The position numbers were made by a program, and so were the translations under genes. From NCBI GenBank assembly GCA_036481135.1, contig JAZGHN010000037.1, positions 1 to 39,862 of the forward strand: a stretch of DNA of 39,862 nt, given 5' to 3'. Source of the DNA: Dehalococcoidales bacterium (GTDB lineage: Bacteria > Chloroflexota > Dehalococcoidia > Dehalococcoidales > E44-bin46). The notes under the pieces were generated by a model, which saw only the letters and a program-made list of their open reading frames with translations, was not told the origin of the DNA and did not search any database. Positions 20,123 to 28,564 of the stretch are shown here, piece by piece; the first letter of the stretch is position 1, and every line of letters begins with the position of its first letter.

Positions 20123-20728
20123 ATGCCACAGGATTCTTCTAAGAGTACCAAAAGCAGTTCCCACGATATCCCTCTCCTGGTCACGATAACCAAGGTTGTG
20201 GGAAGGTGTTATCGGGGATACAAGGAGGGAGACCAGTTTATCCTTAAGGATTTTACCCATGTTCCTGAAGATTTTTGCCAGGGAGCGGGTACAGTACTCT
20301 TCCCTATCTTTTATGCCCTAAGCTTTGGGGCAGAGTTTCCCTTTGAAGAGAATCCCCGTTCTCTTCATACCTACTGTCCTGATGCCGGGGCGGTAGAGTT
20401 CCTCACCGAGGTACTGACCGAATCAGGAGAAGTGGAAAGGAAGCCGAAGGTAGAAAACGCCAAGCCAAACCCGAAGAAACTGGTCATAAGCGTAGAGGAA
20501 GTAAAAGGGCATTGTGTCTATGATTACAAGGTGGGAGATTCCTTTGAAACAACCGGGCTCAGAACCCCCGCTGGTTTTTGCGGGGCTGCCTATAATGCTA
20601 TCTTCCCTGTTCTTTTTGCCTTAAATTTTGGGGCAAGATTCCCCTTTTCCGAAGATGGCATAAGCAATTCACGAATAACCTGTCCTGATGGGGCAAAGGT
20701 TAGATTTAAGGTAAGGAGGGTTGAATAA
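20123..20728 (+). CDS. Tandem-duplicated TIGR04076-like Cys-rich protein of unknown function
   Basis: Two ~85-aa internal repeats (GRCYRGYKEGDQF...FCQGAGTVLFPIFYALSFGAEFPF...CPDAGAVEF and GHCVYDYKVGDSF...FCGAAYNAIFPVLFALNFGARFPF...CPDGAKVRF). Confidence 0.6.
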   Translation: MPQDSSKSTKSSSHDIPLLVTITKVVGRCYRGYKEGDQFILKDFTHVPEDFCQGAGTVLFPIFYALSFGAEFPFEENPRSLHTYCPDAGAVEFLTEVLTESGEVERKPKVENAKPNPKKLVISVEEVKGHCVYDYKVGDSFETTGLRTPAGFCGAAYNAIFPVLFALNFGARFPFSEDGISNSRITCPDGAKVRFKVRRVE

Positions 20729-20729
20729 G

Positions 20730-21992
20730 ATGAAGAGGCGAGTAGTAGTTACCGGTGTGGGGGTCATTTCCCCCAATGGGGTTGGCAAAGAGGCACTCTG
20801 GGAAGGGATGGCTTCAGGCAAGTCGGGAGTAAGACGTGTCACCGATTTTGATGTATCTCAGTTCCATTCCCAGATAGCAGCCCAAGTAACTGATTTCGAC
20901 CCATTTGCCTTTGGTCTCACCCAAGAGGATGTGGAGAGAATGGACCGCTATGTACAGTTTGGCGTAGCAGCAACACAAACCGCTTTAGATGATGCTAAAC
21001 TCCTTCTAAATGGAGCCAATAGAGGCAGAATGGGCGTTTGCCTGGCCAATGCCATCTGCGGCACGAGATATATGGAAGAGGAATTCCTACGGGTAACCAA
21101 TGGAGGGAGCGACCCTATCGACCCCAGAAAGGCAAGACCCTACCTTTATGACGCCTCGATGTTTAACACCCCCTCCAGTGAGATAGCTGCTCGCCATAGA
21201 CTAAGAGGCATTTGCACCACCGTTTCCACCGGTTGTACCGCCGGTACCGATGCCGTGGGCTTTGCCTATGAAGCTGTCCAGATGGGAGAAGCGGATGTCA
21301 TGATTACCGGTGCTGCTGAGGCACCTCTTTGCCCTATCACCTTTGCCGCCTTTGACGTCATTAATGTTCTCTCTACCAGAAACGATGAGCCAGAGAAGGC
21401 ATCAAGGCCCTTTGACAAGGAAAGGGACGGATTTGTCCTTGCTGAAGGTTGCGGCATTTTGGTCCTGGAGGAATTGGGGCATGCTTTGAGCCGAGGCGCC
21501 CACATCTATTGTGAAATCACTGGTTTTGGCACCTGTTGTAATGCCTACCATATGACAGATTTGCCCCCCGATGGCGATAGCATGGCTGCCTGTATCAAGC
21601 TCGCCTTAAAAGATGCGGAGTTGCCCCACGAAACTATCGACTATATAAATGCTCATGGGAGTTCCACCAAGCAGAATGACATATTTGAGACAAACGGATA
21701 TAAGCAGGTTTTTGGCAAGAGAGCATATGATATTCCAGCAAGTTCCCTGAAATCTATGATTGGTCATCCCCTGGCTGCTGCCAATAGCATAGAGCTGGTA
21801 GCCGATGCCCTTGCTTTCGAACACGATGTTTTACCACCTACCATAAATCAAGAGGTGCCTGACCCTCTATGTGATTTGGACTATATTCCCAATAAGGCTC
21901 GGGAGAAACGAGTTGACCACGTCCTTAAAACCAGCAGCGGTTTCTCTGGTATTCATTCCTCTATGATATTGAGTAGGTGGAATTCAAGGTGA
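20730..21992 (+). CDS. Type II PKS-like ketosynthase alpha (KS-alpha)
   Basis: ATG at 20730 with an AGGAGGG SD. Active-site VSTGCTAGTDAVGFA, plus NAYHMTD and INAHGSSTKQND (Cys-His-His triad), and SLKSMIGHPL. These signatures match aromatic PKS KS-alpha better than FabF. Confidence 0.8.
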   Translation: MKRRVVVTGVGVISPNGVGKEALWEGMASGKSGVRRVTDFDVSQFHSQIAAQVTDFDPFAFGLTQEDVERMDRYVQFGVAATQTALDDAKLLLNGANRGRMGVCLANAICGTRYMEEEFLRVTNGGSDPIDPRKARPYLYDASMFNTPSSEIAARHRLRGICTTVSTGCTAGTDAVGFAYEAVQMGEADVMITGAAEAPLCPITFAAFDVINVLSTRNDEPEKASRPFDKERDGFVLAEGCGILVLEELGHALSRGAHIYCEITGFGTCCNAYHMTDLPPDGDSMAACIKLALKDAELPHETIDYINAHGSSTKQNDIFETNGYKQVFGKRAYDIPASSLKSMIGHPLAAANSIELVADALAFEHDVLPPTINQEVPDPLCDLDYIPNKAREKRVDHVLKTSSGFSGIHSSMILSRWNSR

Positions 21993-23200
21993 AGAAGGTA
22001 GCGCTTACCGGAATAGGCATCGTAGCCCCTCCCGGAATCGGGAAGGAAAGATTCTGGCAAGGCATTAAACAGGGAAAATCCTTCATTTCCCCTATTACCA
22101 GCTTTGACGCCTCGCTCTATCCCTCGCAAGTGGCCGGGCAGGTTGAGGACCTAGATACCAGCCACTTCTCCTTCCGCCTGTTAAAGAAGCTAGATAAATT
22201 CTCGGTGATGGCTTTAGTGGCTACTGAGCATGCCTTAAAAGACGCCCTTATAGATTTAGATAAGGAAGACCCCTATAACATAGGCATCTTTCTGGGAAAT
22301 GCCTTAGGGGGATGGCTCTATGCCGAGACAGAGCTGCGCGACCTTTACGTAGAGGGCAGACAAGGGGTAAGCCCGTATCTGGCTAGCGCCTGGTTTCCCG
22401 CTGCCCCCCAAGGTCAAATCTCTATCTATTATGGCATAAAGGGATACAGCAAGACGATGGTCGCAGACAAGGCGAGCGCTTTAATGGCCATTGGTTATGC
22501 TGCCAAGGTAGTGGGCAACAAAAAAATAGGCATTGCTCTGGCTGGGGGCACCGAGGCACCGGTTACTCCTTATGCCCTGCTTTGCTGTAGCACAGAGGGC
22601 TCACTGTCACAGGGTCCTTACCGACCTTTTGATAAAGAAAGAGACGGGCTTGTTGTTGGTGAAGGGACAGGACTGGTGGTCTTAGAGGAAATGGAATCTG
22701 CCCGGAAAAGGGGGGCAACCATTTACGGGTTGATTACCGGCTATACCACTTGCTGTGATGGTGCTTGCCGTATTGCGCCAGACCCAACTGGCAAGGGACT
22801 GGCTGAGGCGATAAAGACCACCTTAGATATGGCTGGTTATCAGCCCGGCGACATTGATTATATCTGTGCCGATGGGATGGGAACAAAATCGGGAGATGTT
22901 AGCGAGACAAAAGCAATAAAAGAAGTATTTGGCAGTTATGCCCAAAAGATACCGGTTAGCGCCCCAAAGTCCATGTTTGGTCATCTCATGGGGGCATCTA
23001 ATGCCGTTGATGTTATCACTACCCTCCTGGCCATGCAAGAAGGAATTATCCCCCCCACTATAAACTACCAAACCGAAGACCCTGAATGCGATTTAGATTA
23101 TGTGCCTAATAACAGCCGACCCAAAGAGATCAACCGAGCCCTTATTCTCGCCCGCGGTCGCGGAGGAATAAACGCCGTTCTGGCCATAGAAAGGAGCTAA
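21989..23200 (+). CDS. Ketosynthase beta / chain-length-factor-like subunit (catalytic Cys absent)
   Basis: GTG at 21989 overlaps the KS-alpha TGA (GTGA coupling); the alternative GTG at 21977 is the ORF-track start. Thiolase fold, but the active-site position reads MVADKASALMAIGYA and both His motifs are degenerate (CCDGACR, CADGMGTKSGD). Confidence 0.75.
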   Translation: MKKVALTGIGIVAPPGIGKERFWQGIKQGKSFISPITSFDASLYPSQVAGQVEDLDTSHFSFRLLKKLDKFSVMALVATEHALKDALIDLDKEDPYNIGIFLGNALGGWLYAETELRDLYVEGRQGVSPYLASAWFPAAPQGQISIYYGIKGYSKTMVADKASALMAIGYAAKVVGNKKIGIALAGGTEAPVTPYALLCCSTEGSLSQGPYRPFDKERDGLVVGEGTGLVVLEEMESARKRGATIYGLITGYTTCCDGACRIAPDPTGKGLAEAIKTTLDMAGYQPGDIDYICADGMGTKSGDVSETKAIKEVFGSYAQKIPVSAPKSMFGHLMGASNAVDVITTLLAMQEGIIPPTINYQTEDPECDLDYVPNNSRPKEINRALILARGRGGINAVLAIERS

Positions 23201-23202
23201 GA

Positions 23203-23439
23203 TTGGCAGAGGTAGACGAAACGATAAAAGGAATGCTTATGAAGTCCTTTGATATGAAGCCCGAAGAGCTCACCATGGAGGCGAATCTAAAGAAAGACCT
23301 TGAGATGGACTCGCTGGAGATGGTGGAATTGGAGGTGGCTTTAGAGGAGGAGTTCAAGATTGACATTAAGGATGGCGAGATTACCAATAAGAATTGTGTG
23401 GGTGATGTGATCAAAGTTGTACAGGATAAGCTCAAGTAA
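23203..23439 (+). CDS. Acyl carrier protein
   Basis: 78 aa with a DSL phosphopantetheine attachment motif (LEMDSLEMVEL). AGGAG SD, TTG start. Confidence 0.85.
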   Translation: MAEVDETIKGMLMKSFDMKPEELTMEANLKKDLEMDSLEMVELEVALEEEFKIDIKDGEITNKNCVGDVIKVVQDKLK

Positions 23440-24245
23440 TGAGGATTATAGACCTGAGTCTCCCTATTGATGATAGTGTTTCCGAGACTCACCCGGTAGA
23501 AATAGAGAGATGGGAGCACAGGAGTGGTGGAGACCGACTTGGCAAGCTATGGGCTAGGTCTCAGGGGATAAAGGGACGCATGAAACATATCACCGGGAAG
23601 GAGCGGATCACGCGCGATTGCTTTAAGGACGGGCTCTTTTTGTCTCTAGAATGGGTTAGAGCCACGGTGCATAGCGGCACCCATCTTGACGCCCCATATC
23701 ATTACGGGCCGTACTCCGAAGGAAAACCAGCAAAGAAAATAGAGGATATCCCACTGGAGTGGTGCTATGGCGATGGTGTGGTTCTGGATTGCTCTGATAA
23801 AGGCGCGGGAGAGGTTATCACCGAAGCAGACATAAAAAAGGCACTGGGCAAAATAAAGTATAAGATAAAGCCCTTTGATATCGTCCTTATTCACACCGGT
23901 GCCGATAAGCTCTGGGGGACAAAGAAGTATTTTTCTCATTATGTCGCCCTAAGCAGAGATGCGTTAGCCTACATTGTGAACTTCGAGGTAAAGGTTATCG
24001 GGGTTGATATCTTCAGCCTAGACCGTCCCCTTCCGGCTATGGTGAGGGACTTCTTAAAGACCAAGGACAATAGTTATCTCTGGCCTGTCCATTTCTATGG
24101 CAGGGAAAAAGAATATTGTCATATAGAAAGGCTGGCCAATCTGGATAAGATTCCCCAGCCCTACGGCTTTAAGGTGGCTTGCTTCCCCGTAAAGATAAAA
24201 GGGGCTGGTGCCGCCTGGGTAAGGGCGGTGGCTATTATTGAATAA
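23439..24245 (+). CDS. Cyclase-family protein (kynurenine-formamidase/putative cyclase fold)
   Basis: HSGTHLDAPYHY metal-binding motif. 268 aa. TAATG overlap with the ACP stop. Confidence 0.75.
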   Translation: MRIIDLSLPIDDSVSETHPVEIERWEHRSGGDRLGKLWARSQGIKGRMKHITGKERITRDCFKDGLFLSLEWVRATVHSGTHLDAPYHYGPYSEGKPAKKIEDIPLEWCYGDGVVLDCSDKGAGEVITEADIKKALGKIKYKIKPFDIVLIHTGADKLWGTKKYFSHYVALSRDALAYIVNFEVKVIGVDIFSLDRPLPAMVRDFLKTKDNSYLWPVHFYGREKEYCHIERLANLDKIPQPYGFKVACFPVKIKGAGAAWVRAVAIIE

Positions 24246-24258
24246 AAAGGAGTGGAAA

Positions 24259-24702
24259 ATGGGACAGACGGTAAACTCTATCTTGATTAAGGCACCCTAT
24301 GATGCGGTGTTTGACATCTCCAATGACATTGAAAGGTGGACAGAACTATTCGGCGGGGAGTATACGGAGGCGAAGATATTAAAACGGGAGGGGAATAAAC
24401 TTACCTTCAAGCTAACCGACGATGAAGGCAATTCTTGGCAATCCTTCCGTCTCTTATTTAAAGACTACTACTTTGCCTATGCCCAGAAGCTGGAGCCAAC
24501 ATTCCCCTTCGATTATATGAAGATTATCTGGCTTTATACCCCTGTGCCCGAGGGGATACTTATGACCTGGATTCAATTCTTTTCCATGGCGGAGGGGGCA
24601 AAATTCAACGATGAGCAGGTTGAGGGTTTCATCAATAAACATTCCACGGATAACCTGAAGATATTTAAAGAGGTGATAGAGAAAGAGGCGAAAAAGAGGT
24701 GA
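24259..24702 (+). CDS. SRPBCC-superfamily polyketide cyclase/aromatase-like protein
   Basis: ATG at 24259 after an AAGGAG SD (the ORF-track TTG at 24238 is less likely). ~147 aa with N-terminus VNSILIKAPYDAVFDISNDIERW, typical of TcmN/START-like cyclases. Confidence 0.65.
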   Translation: MGQTVNSILIKAPYDAVFDISNDIERWTELFGGEYTEAKILKREGNKLTFKLTDDEGNSWQSFRLLFKDYYFAYAQKLEPTFPFDYMKIIWLYTPVPEGILMTWIQFFSMAEGAKFNDEQVEGFINKHSTDNLKIFKEVIEKEAKKR

Positions 24703-24705
24703 GAG

Positions 24706-25479
24706 ATGAGTGAATTGAGAGGCAAAACCGCCATTGTTACCGGGGCAAGTAGAGGTATCGGGAGGTCGATTGGGGAAGCACTGGCCAAGGAAGGGATGAA
24801 CTTAGCCCTCGCAGCACGAGGTAAAGAGGTGCTGGAGAAGACGGCAAAGGAGCTGTCTGAGCAATATAAGGTGAAGATATTGCCTGTGCCATGCGATGTT
24901 TCCCAACAAAAAGACCTGGAGAATCTGGTAACAGCCGCCATTAAAGAATTCAAGAAGATAGACGCCTTAATCAACAGCGCCGGGGTAAGCAGCCAACACC
25001 CCTTCCAGGACCAACCAGTGGAGGACATCCCCAGGCTTATGTATACCAACTATTTTGGCCCAGTGATGCTTACCCGCTTGATTATCAATCACTTTATCGA
25101 AAATAAAGGCGGAGCCATTATAAATATCACCTCCGGCTCTACCCTGGTAGACCCTCCACCGAGAAACTTCATTGTTTATACCTCTCTTAAACAGGCATTA
25201 AAAGCCTTTGGCAAGGGACTTTTCTGGGAGGTGCGGGATTTTGGCATAAAGGTGACCTCAATCATGCCAGGGGTAACCGATACCGCCCTAACCGGCGGGC
25301 TTAAAGACGTCTCTGTGGACAAGTCTCGTCTCATGCAAACCGGGGTGATAGAGGATGCGGTTAAGTTCGCCCTTACCGTGCCAGCCAACGTCTGCCCCCT
25401 GGAGATTTCAGTTATCAACCAGCGCACCCCCTGGACAAGACCGATAATTCCATATAAACAGGCACATCCGAAAGAATGA
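24706..25479 (+). CDS. Short-chain dehydrogenase/reductase (ketoreductase)
   Basis: TGASRGIG cofactor motif, NSAG, and catalytic Y-x3-K (YTSLKQALK). Confidence 0.85.
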   Translation: MSELRGKTAIVTGASRGIGRSIGEALAKEGMNLALAARGKEVLEKTAKELSEQYKVKILPVPCDVSQQKDLENLVTAAIKEFKKIDALINSAGVSSQHPFQDQPVEDIPRLMYTNYFGPVMLTRLIINHFIENKGGAIINITSGSTLVDPPPRNFIVYTSLKQALKAFGKGLFWEVRDFGIKVTSIMPGVTDTALTGGLKDVSVDKSRLMQTGVIEDAVKFALTVPANVCPLEISVINQRTPWTRPIIPYKQAHPKE

Positions 25480-26384
25480 TGTTTGACGCACATGCTCATT
25501 GGCTACCAAGAGAAATTATTGATAACGCCCACTTTTTCTCCCCTGCCTGGGGTGATATCAAGCGGCAACTGGCACTTATGGATAAATTCCACATTGAGAG
25601 AGCACTCCTCCTCTACCCCACCAGCGATGCCTACCAACAGATGGGCGGCCTGCAGAAAGTAGCCAGGATTTACAACAACAGCATAGCCGAGGTGGTGAAA
25701 CGATATCCGGAGAGATTTATCGGAGCAGCCATCCTGCCCGTAGATGAACCAGAGGCGATGGTCACAGAATTTGACCGTGCCACCGAGGAATTGGGCTTCA
25801 AAGCCATCTCTCTGGCTACAAGCTTTGAGGGCGTCTATCTGGACGATGATAGATTTCATCCGCTCTACGAAAGGGCAGAGGCATCAAATACACCCCTCTT
25901 TGTCCACCCCCAAACCATAAATCCCATAGGTTTTGAACAAGTGAAGGACCCGTTACTTACCCCAGTGATTGAATTTGTCTTTGATACCACCATGTGCATC
26001 GGCAAATTGATGACCGCCGGGACACTGAGAAGATTCCCCAATCTGAAATTTGTCTTTGCCCACTTCGGCGGGGTGATGCCCTTTATCAAGGAGAGATTTG
26101 ATACCGTATATAAGATGCTGAGAGGGAGAAACATAGTGAAAGACCTCTTTGCTCTGCCCAGCGACTATCTGAAGCAGATATATGTGGATACCAGCGGGGC
26201 TACCTCTCCTTCTACCCTGATGAGCACCCTGGAAATGGTGGGGGCGGAACATACTCTATGGGGCAGCGATTACCCCAGCAATCCTGATGTCTCAGCATCA
26301 ATCGCCGCCATAGAGGGGCTGGACATCCCGTCAGAGGATAAGAAAAGGATACTGGGCGCGAATATAGAGCGAGTATTGGGTTAA
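25476..26384 (+). CDS. Amidohydrolase_2 family protein (ACMSD-type metal-dependent decarboxylase/hydrolase)
   Basis: N-terminal DAHAHWLP (HxH) motif, FVHP, AHFGG, and the C-terminal WGSDYP motif typical of this family. ATGA overlap with the SDR stop. Confidence 0.75.
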   Translation: MMFDAHAHWLPREIIDNAHFFSPAWGDIKRQLALMDKFHIERALLLYPTSDAYQQMGGLQKVARIYNNSIAEVVKRYPERFIGAAILPVDEPEAMVTEFDRATEELGFKAISLATSFEGVYLDDDRFHPLYERAEASNTPLFVHPQTINPIGFEQVKDPLLTPVIEFVFDTTMCIGKLMTAGTLRRFPNLKFVFAHFGGVMPFIKERFDTVYKMLRGRNIVKDLFALPSDYLKQIYVDTSGATSPSTLMSTLEMVGAEHTLWGSDYPSNPDVSASIAAIEGLDIPSEDKKRILGANIERVLG

Positions 26385-26444
26385 ACAGTCAAAAGGATAT
26401 CGGTTAATTTTTCCCCAGAGTTATGGTAAAATGGTTACTTGGGT

Positions 26445-26520
26445 AGGAGTGTAGCTCAGTTGGGAGAGCAACGGTCTCCAAAACCGTAGGTCGGGGGTTC
26501 GAGTCCTCCCACTCCTGCCA
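26445..26520 (+). tRNA. tRNA-Trp(CCA)
   Basis: Acceptor AGGAGTG/CACTCCT, anticodon loop CTCCAAA, T-loop TTCGAGT, encoded CCA. Confidence 0.9.
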
Positions 26521-26525
26521 GACAA

Positions 26526-26613
26526 GCCGGGGTGGCGGAAGCAGGTAGACGCGCTAGCTTGAGGGGTTAGTGCCCGCAAGGGCGTGGGAGTTCAAATCTC
26601 CCCTCCGGCACCA
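26526..26613 (+). tRNA. tRNA-Leu(GAG)
   Basis: Acceptor GCCGGGG/CTCCGGC, anticodon loop TTGAGGG, long variable arm, T-loop TTCAAAT, encoded CCA. Confidence 0.85.
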
Positions 26614-26618
26614 AAAGG

Positions 26619-26693
<75 letters not shown>

Positions 26694-26794
26694 ATTCTTT
26701 TTGCTTCGTCCCGAATGCCTTCTCATCGCAAGCCCCCGGTTATGTCACGTCCAGCCGCATCGCCCTTGCTCAAAGCACCGCACATCTTCGTTAC

Positions 26795-26823
26795 TTGACA
26801 CAAAAGAGGGTGTGGGTTATACT
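26795..26823 (+). promoter_or_regulatory. Near-consensus sigma70 promoter, TTGACA-N17-TATACT, upstream of pylSc
   Basis: TTGACA at 26795-26800 and TATACT at 26818-26823. Same hexamers and spacing as the promoter at 16958. Confidence 0.45.
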
Positions 26824-26915
26824 TTTTTCCGTCAGTTGGTAGTGATTGGTAATTAATTGACCCTTAAACCTCCCCTAATCGTTTATATTTGCTATTCTAC
26901 CCATAGCGGGGATTT

Positions 26916-27764
26916 TTGTCCGCAATGTCCATCACACTAACAGAAACCCAAAAACAACGTCTGCGAGAATTGGATGCTGATACCCGCTTGGCGGAGAAGG
27001 TATTCAGCGATGTCCAAGAGCGGGACGCAAGCTTCAAGATGATGGAGAAGAGTTTGATTGAGGGGGAAAAACAGCACTTGCGAAACCTCCGCCGCCATCA
27101 TCGCCGCCCCGCAGTTTGTCAAATAGAGAACACCCTGGTAAATAAACTTACCGAAGAAGGTTTTGTCCAGGTTATTACCCCCCTAATCATAACCAAGGCA
27201 TTTTTAGAGAAGATGACTATCACCGCTAGCAATCCCCTGATAAATCAGGTTTTTTGGCTCAGTAAGAATAAGTGTCTGCGACCAATGCTGGCGCCAAATC
27301 TCTATTATCTTCTGAGGCGGCTTGTCCGCTTATGGAAAAAACCCATCCGTATTTTTGAAGTAGGCCCATGCTTTCGCAAAGACACTCAAGGGAGTGAGCA
27401 CCTAAATGAATTTACCATGCTGAACCTTGTTGAGCTGGGCTTACCCCCGGAAAGCAGGCAGGCACGGTTAAAAGAGTTAGCCTCCCTCCTCATGGGAGTT
27501 ATCGGTATAGATAAGTACCAGTTGGTTTCCAAGCCATGCGAAGTCTATGGCGAAACAGTGGACATCGCGACCGATACCGGTATCGAGCTTGGTTCGGCAG
27601 CAATGGGTCCCCATCCCTTGGATGATGCCTGGAGAATAGTTGACCCGTGGGTAGGGTTAGGAATGGGTTTGGAGAGGCTGGTAATGGCGAAACAGGGGTA
27701 TCAAAATATTCAGAGAGCAGGACGCAGCTTGATATACCTTGATGGGGCAAGACTGAACATCTAG
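26916..27764 (+). CDS. pylSc: Pyrrolysyl-tRNA synthetase, catalytic C-terminal polypeptide (PylSc)
   Basis: Very close to the Desulfitobacterium PylSc sequence I recall: GFVQVITP.IITK, QVFWL..NKCLRPMLAPNLY, IRIFEVGPCFRKDTQGSEHLNEFTMLNL (class II motif 2), IVDPWVGLGMGLERL, YLDGARLNI. The start is TTG 26916 or ATG 26925. The stop is TAG. Confidence 0.9.
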   Translation: MSAMSITLTETQKQRLRELDADTRLAEKVFSDVQERDASFKMMEKSLIEGEKQHLRNLRRHHRRPAVCQIENTLVNKLTEEGFVQVITPLIITKAFLEKMTITASNPLINQVFWLSKNKCLRPMLAPNLYYLLRRLVRLWKKPIRIFEVGPCFRKDTQGSEHLNEFTMLNLVELGLPPESRQARLKELASLLMGVIGIDKYQLVSKPCEVYGETVDIATDTGIELGSAAMGPHPLDDAWRIVDPWVGLGMGLERLVMAKQGYQNIQRAGRSLIYLDGARLNI

Positions 27765-27894
27765 CTAATCGGGTACAAGGAGGGGGAACTATATGATGTA
27801 AATGGCACTCTACAAGTTGGCCTGTCCAATTAAAATAGGCGGGGTGTTGGGCTGAAGAGAAACAAAAAATACAGCAAAGGAGGGTTTAACATTA

Positions 27895-28545
27895 ATGGCA
27901 GGACAGAAAGAGATACTAGAAAAGGCAAAGCAATCAATCATTGACTTCGACAAAGGTAAGGCGGAAGCAACTGCCAAGGAGGGTTTGTCCAGCGGGATTG
28001 GCCCAGCTACAATAATAAATGAGGGATTTGTTCCTGGAATAACTCAGGTGGGTAACCTTTTTGACCGGGGGCAAATATTCCTGCCGGAATTGATGCTGGC
28101 GTCTGAAGCAATGAAGACAGGGTCAGCAATATGTATAGCAGCACTCCCTGCATCAGAGGTTCAGGCAACGAAGAAAGTAGTAATCGGGACCGTGGAAGGA
28201 GATGTCCACGACATCGGAAAATCGATTGTTGTCTCCTTCTTATTAGCCAATGGCTTTGAGGTCTATGATATAGGTAGAGATGTGCCTATTGAGAAATTCG
28301 TGGAGAAGACTCGTGAGGTAAATGCGGATGTGGTTGGGGCAAGCGCTTTATTGACCACCACTATGGAGGGGCAGAGGACGGTAATAGAAGAGCTAAAGAA
28401 AGCTGGGTTGCGGGATAAGGTCAAAGTAATCATAGGTGGAGCGCCAGTCAGCCAACCATGGGCCGACCGCATAGGAGCAGATGCCTATGCTGAAAACGCC
28501 GTAGACGGAGTAAACAAGATAAAGAAATTAACCGGCTTGGCATAA
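27895..28545 (+). CDS. Cobalamin-binding corrinoid protein (MtmC/MtbC/MttC-like)
   Basis: 216 aa with an N-terminal helical cap plus a B12-binding Rossmann domain carrying the D-x-H-x2-G motif (GDVHDIGKSIV), SALLTTT, and GGA. Confidence 0.85.
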   Translation: MAGQKEILEKAKQSIIDFDKGKAEATAKEGLSSGIGPATIINEGFVPGITQVGNLFDRGQIFLPELMLASEAMKTGSAICIAALPASEVQATKKVVIGTVEGDVHDIGKSIVVSFLLANGFEVYDIGRDVPIEKFVEKTREVNADVVGASALLTTTMEGQRTVIEELKKAGLRDKVKVIIGGAPVSQPWADRIGADAYAENAVDGVNKIKKLTGLA

Positions 28546-28564
28546 TAGAGTCGATAATAACATC

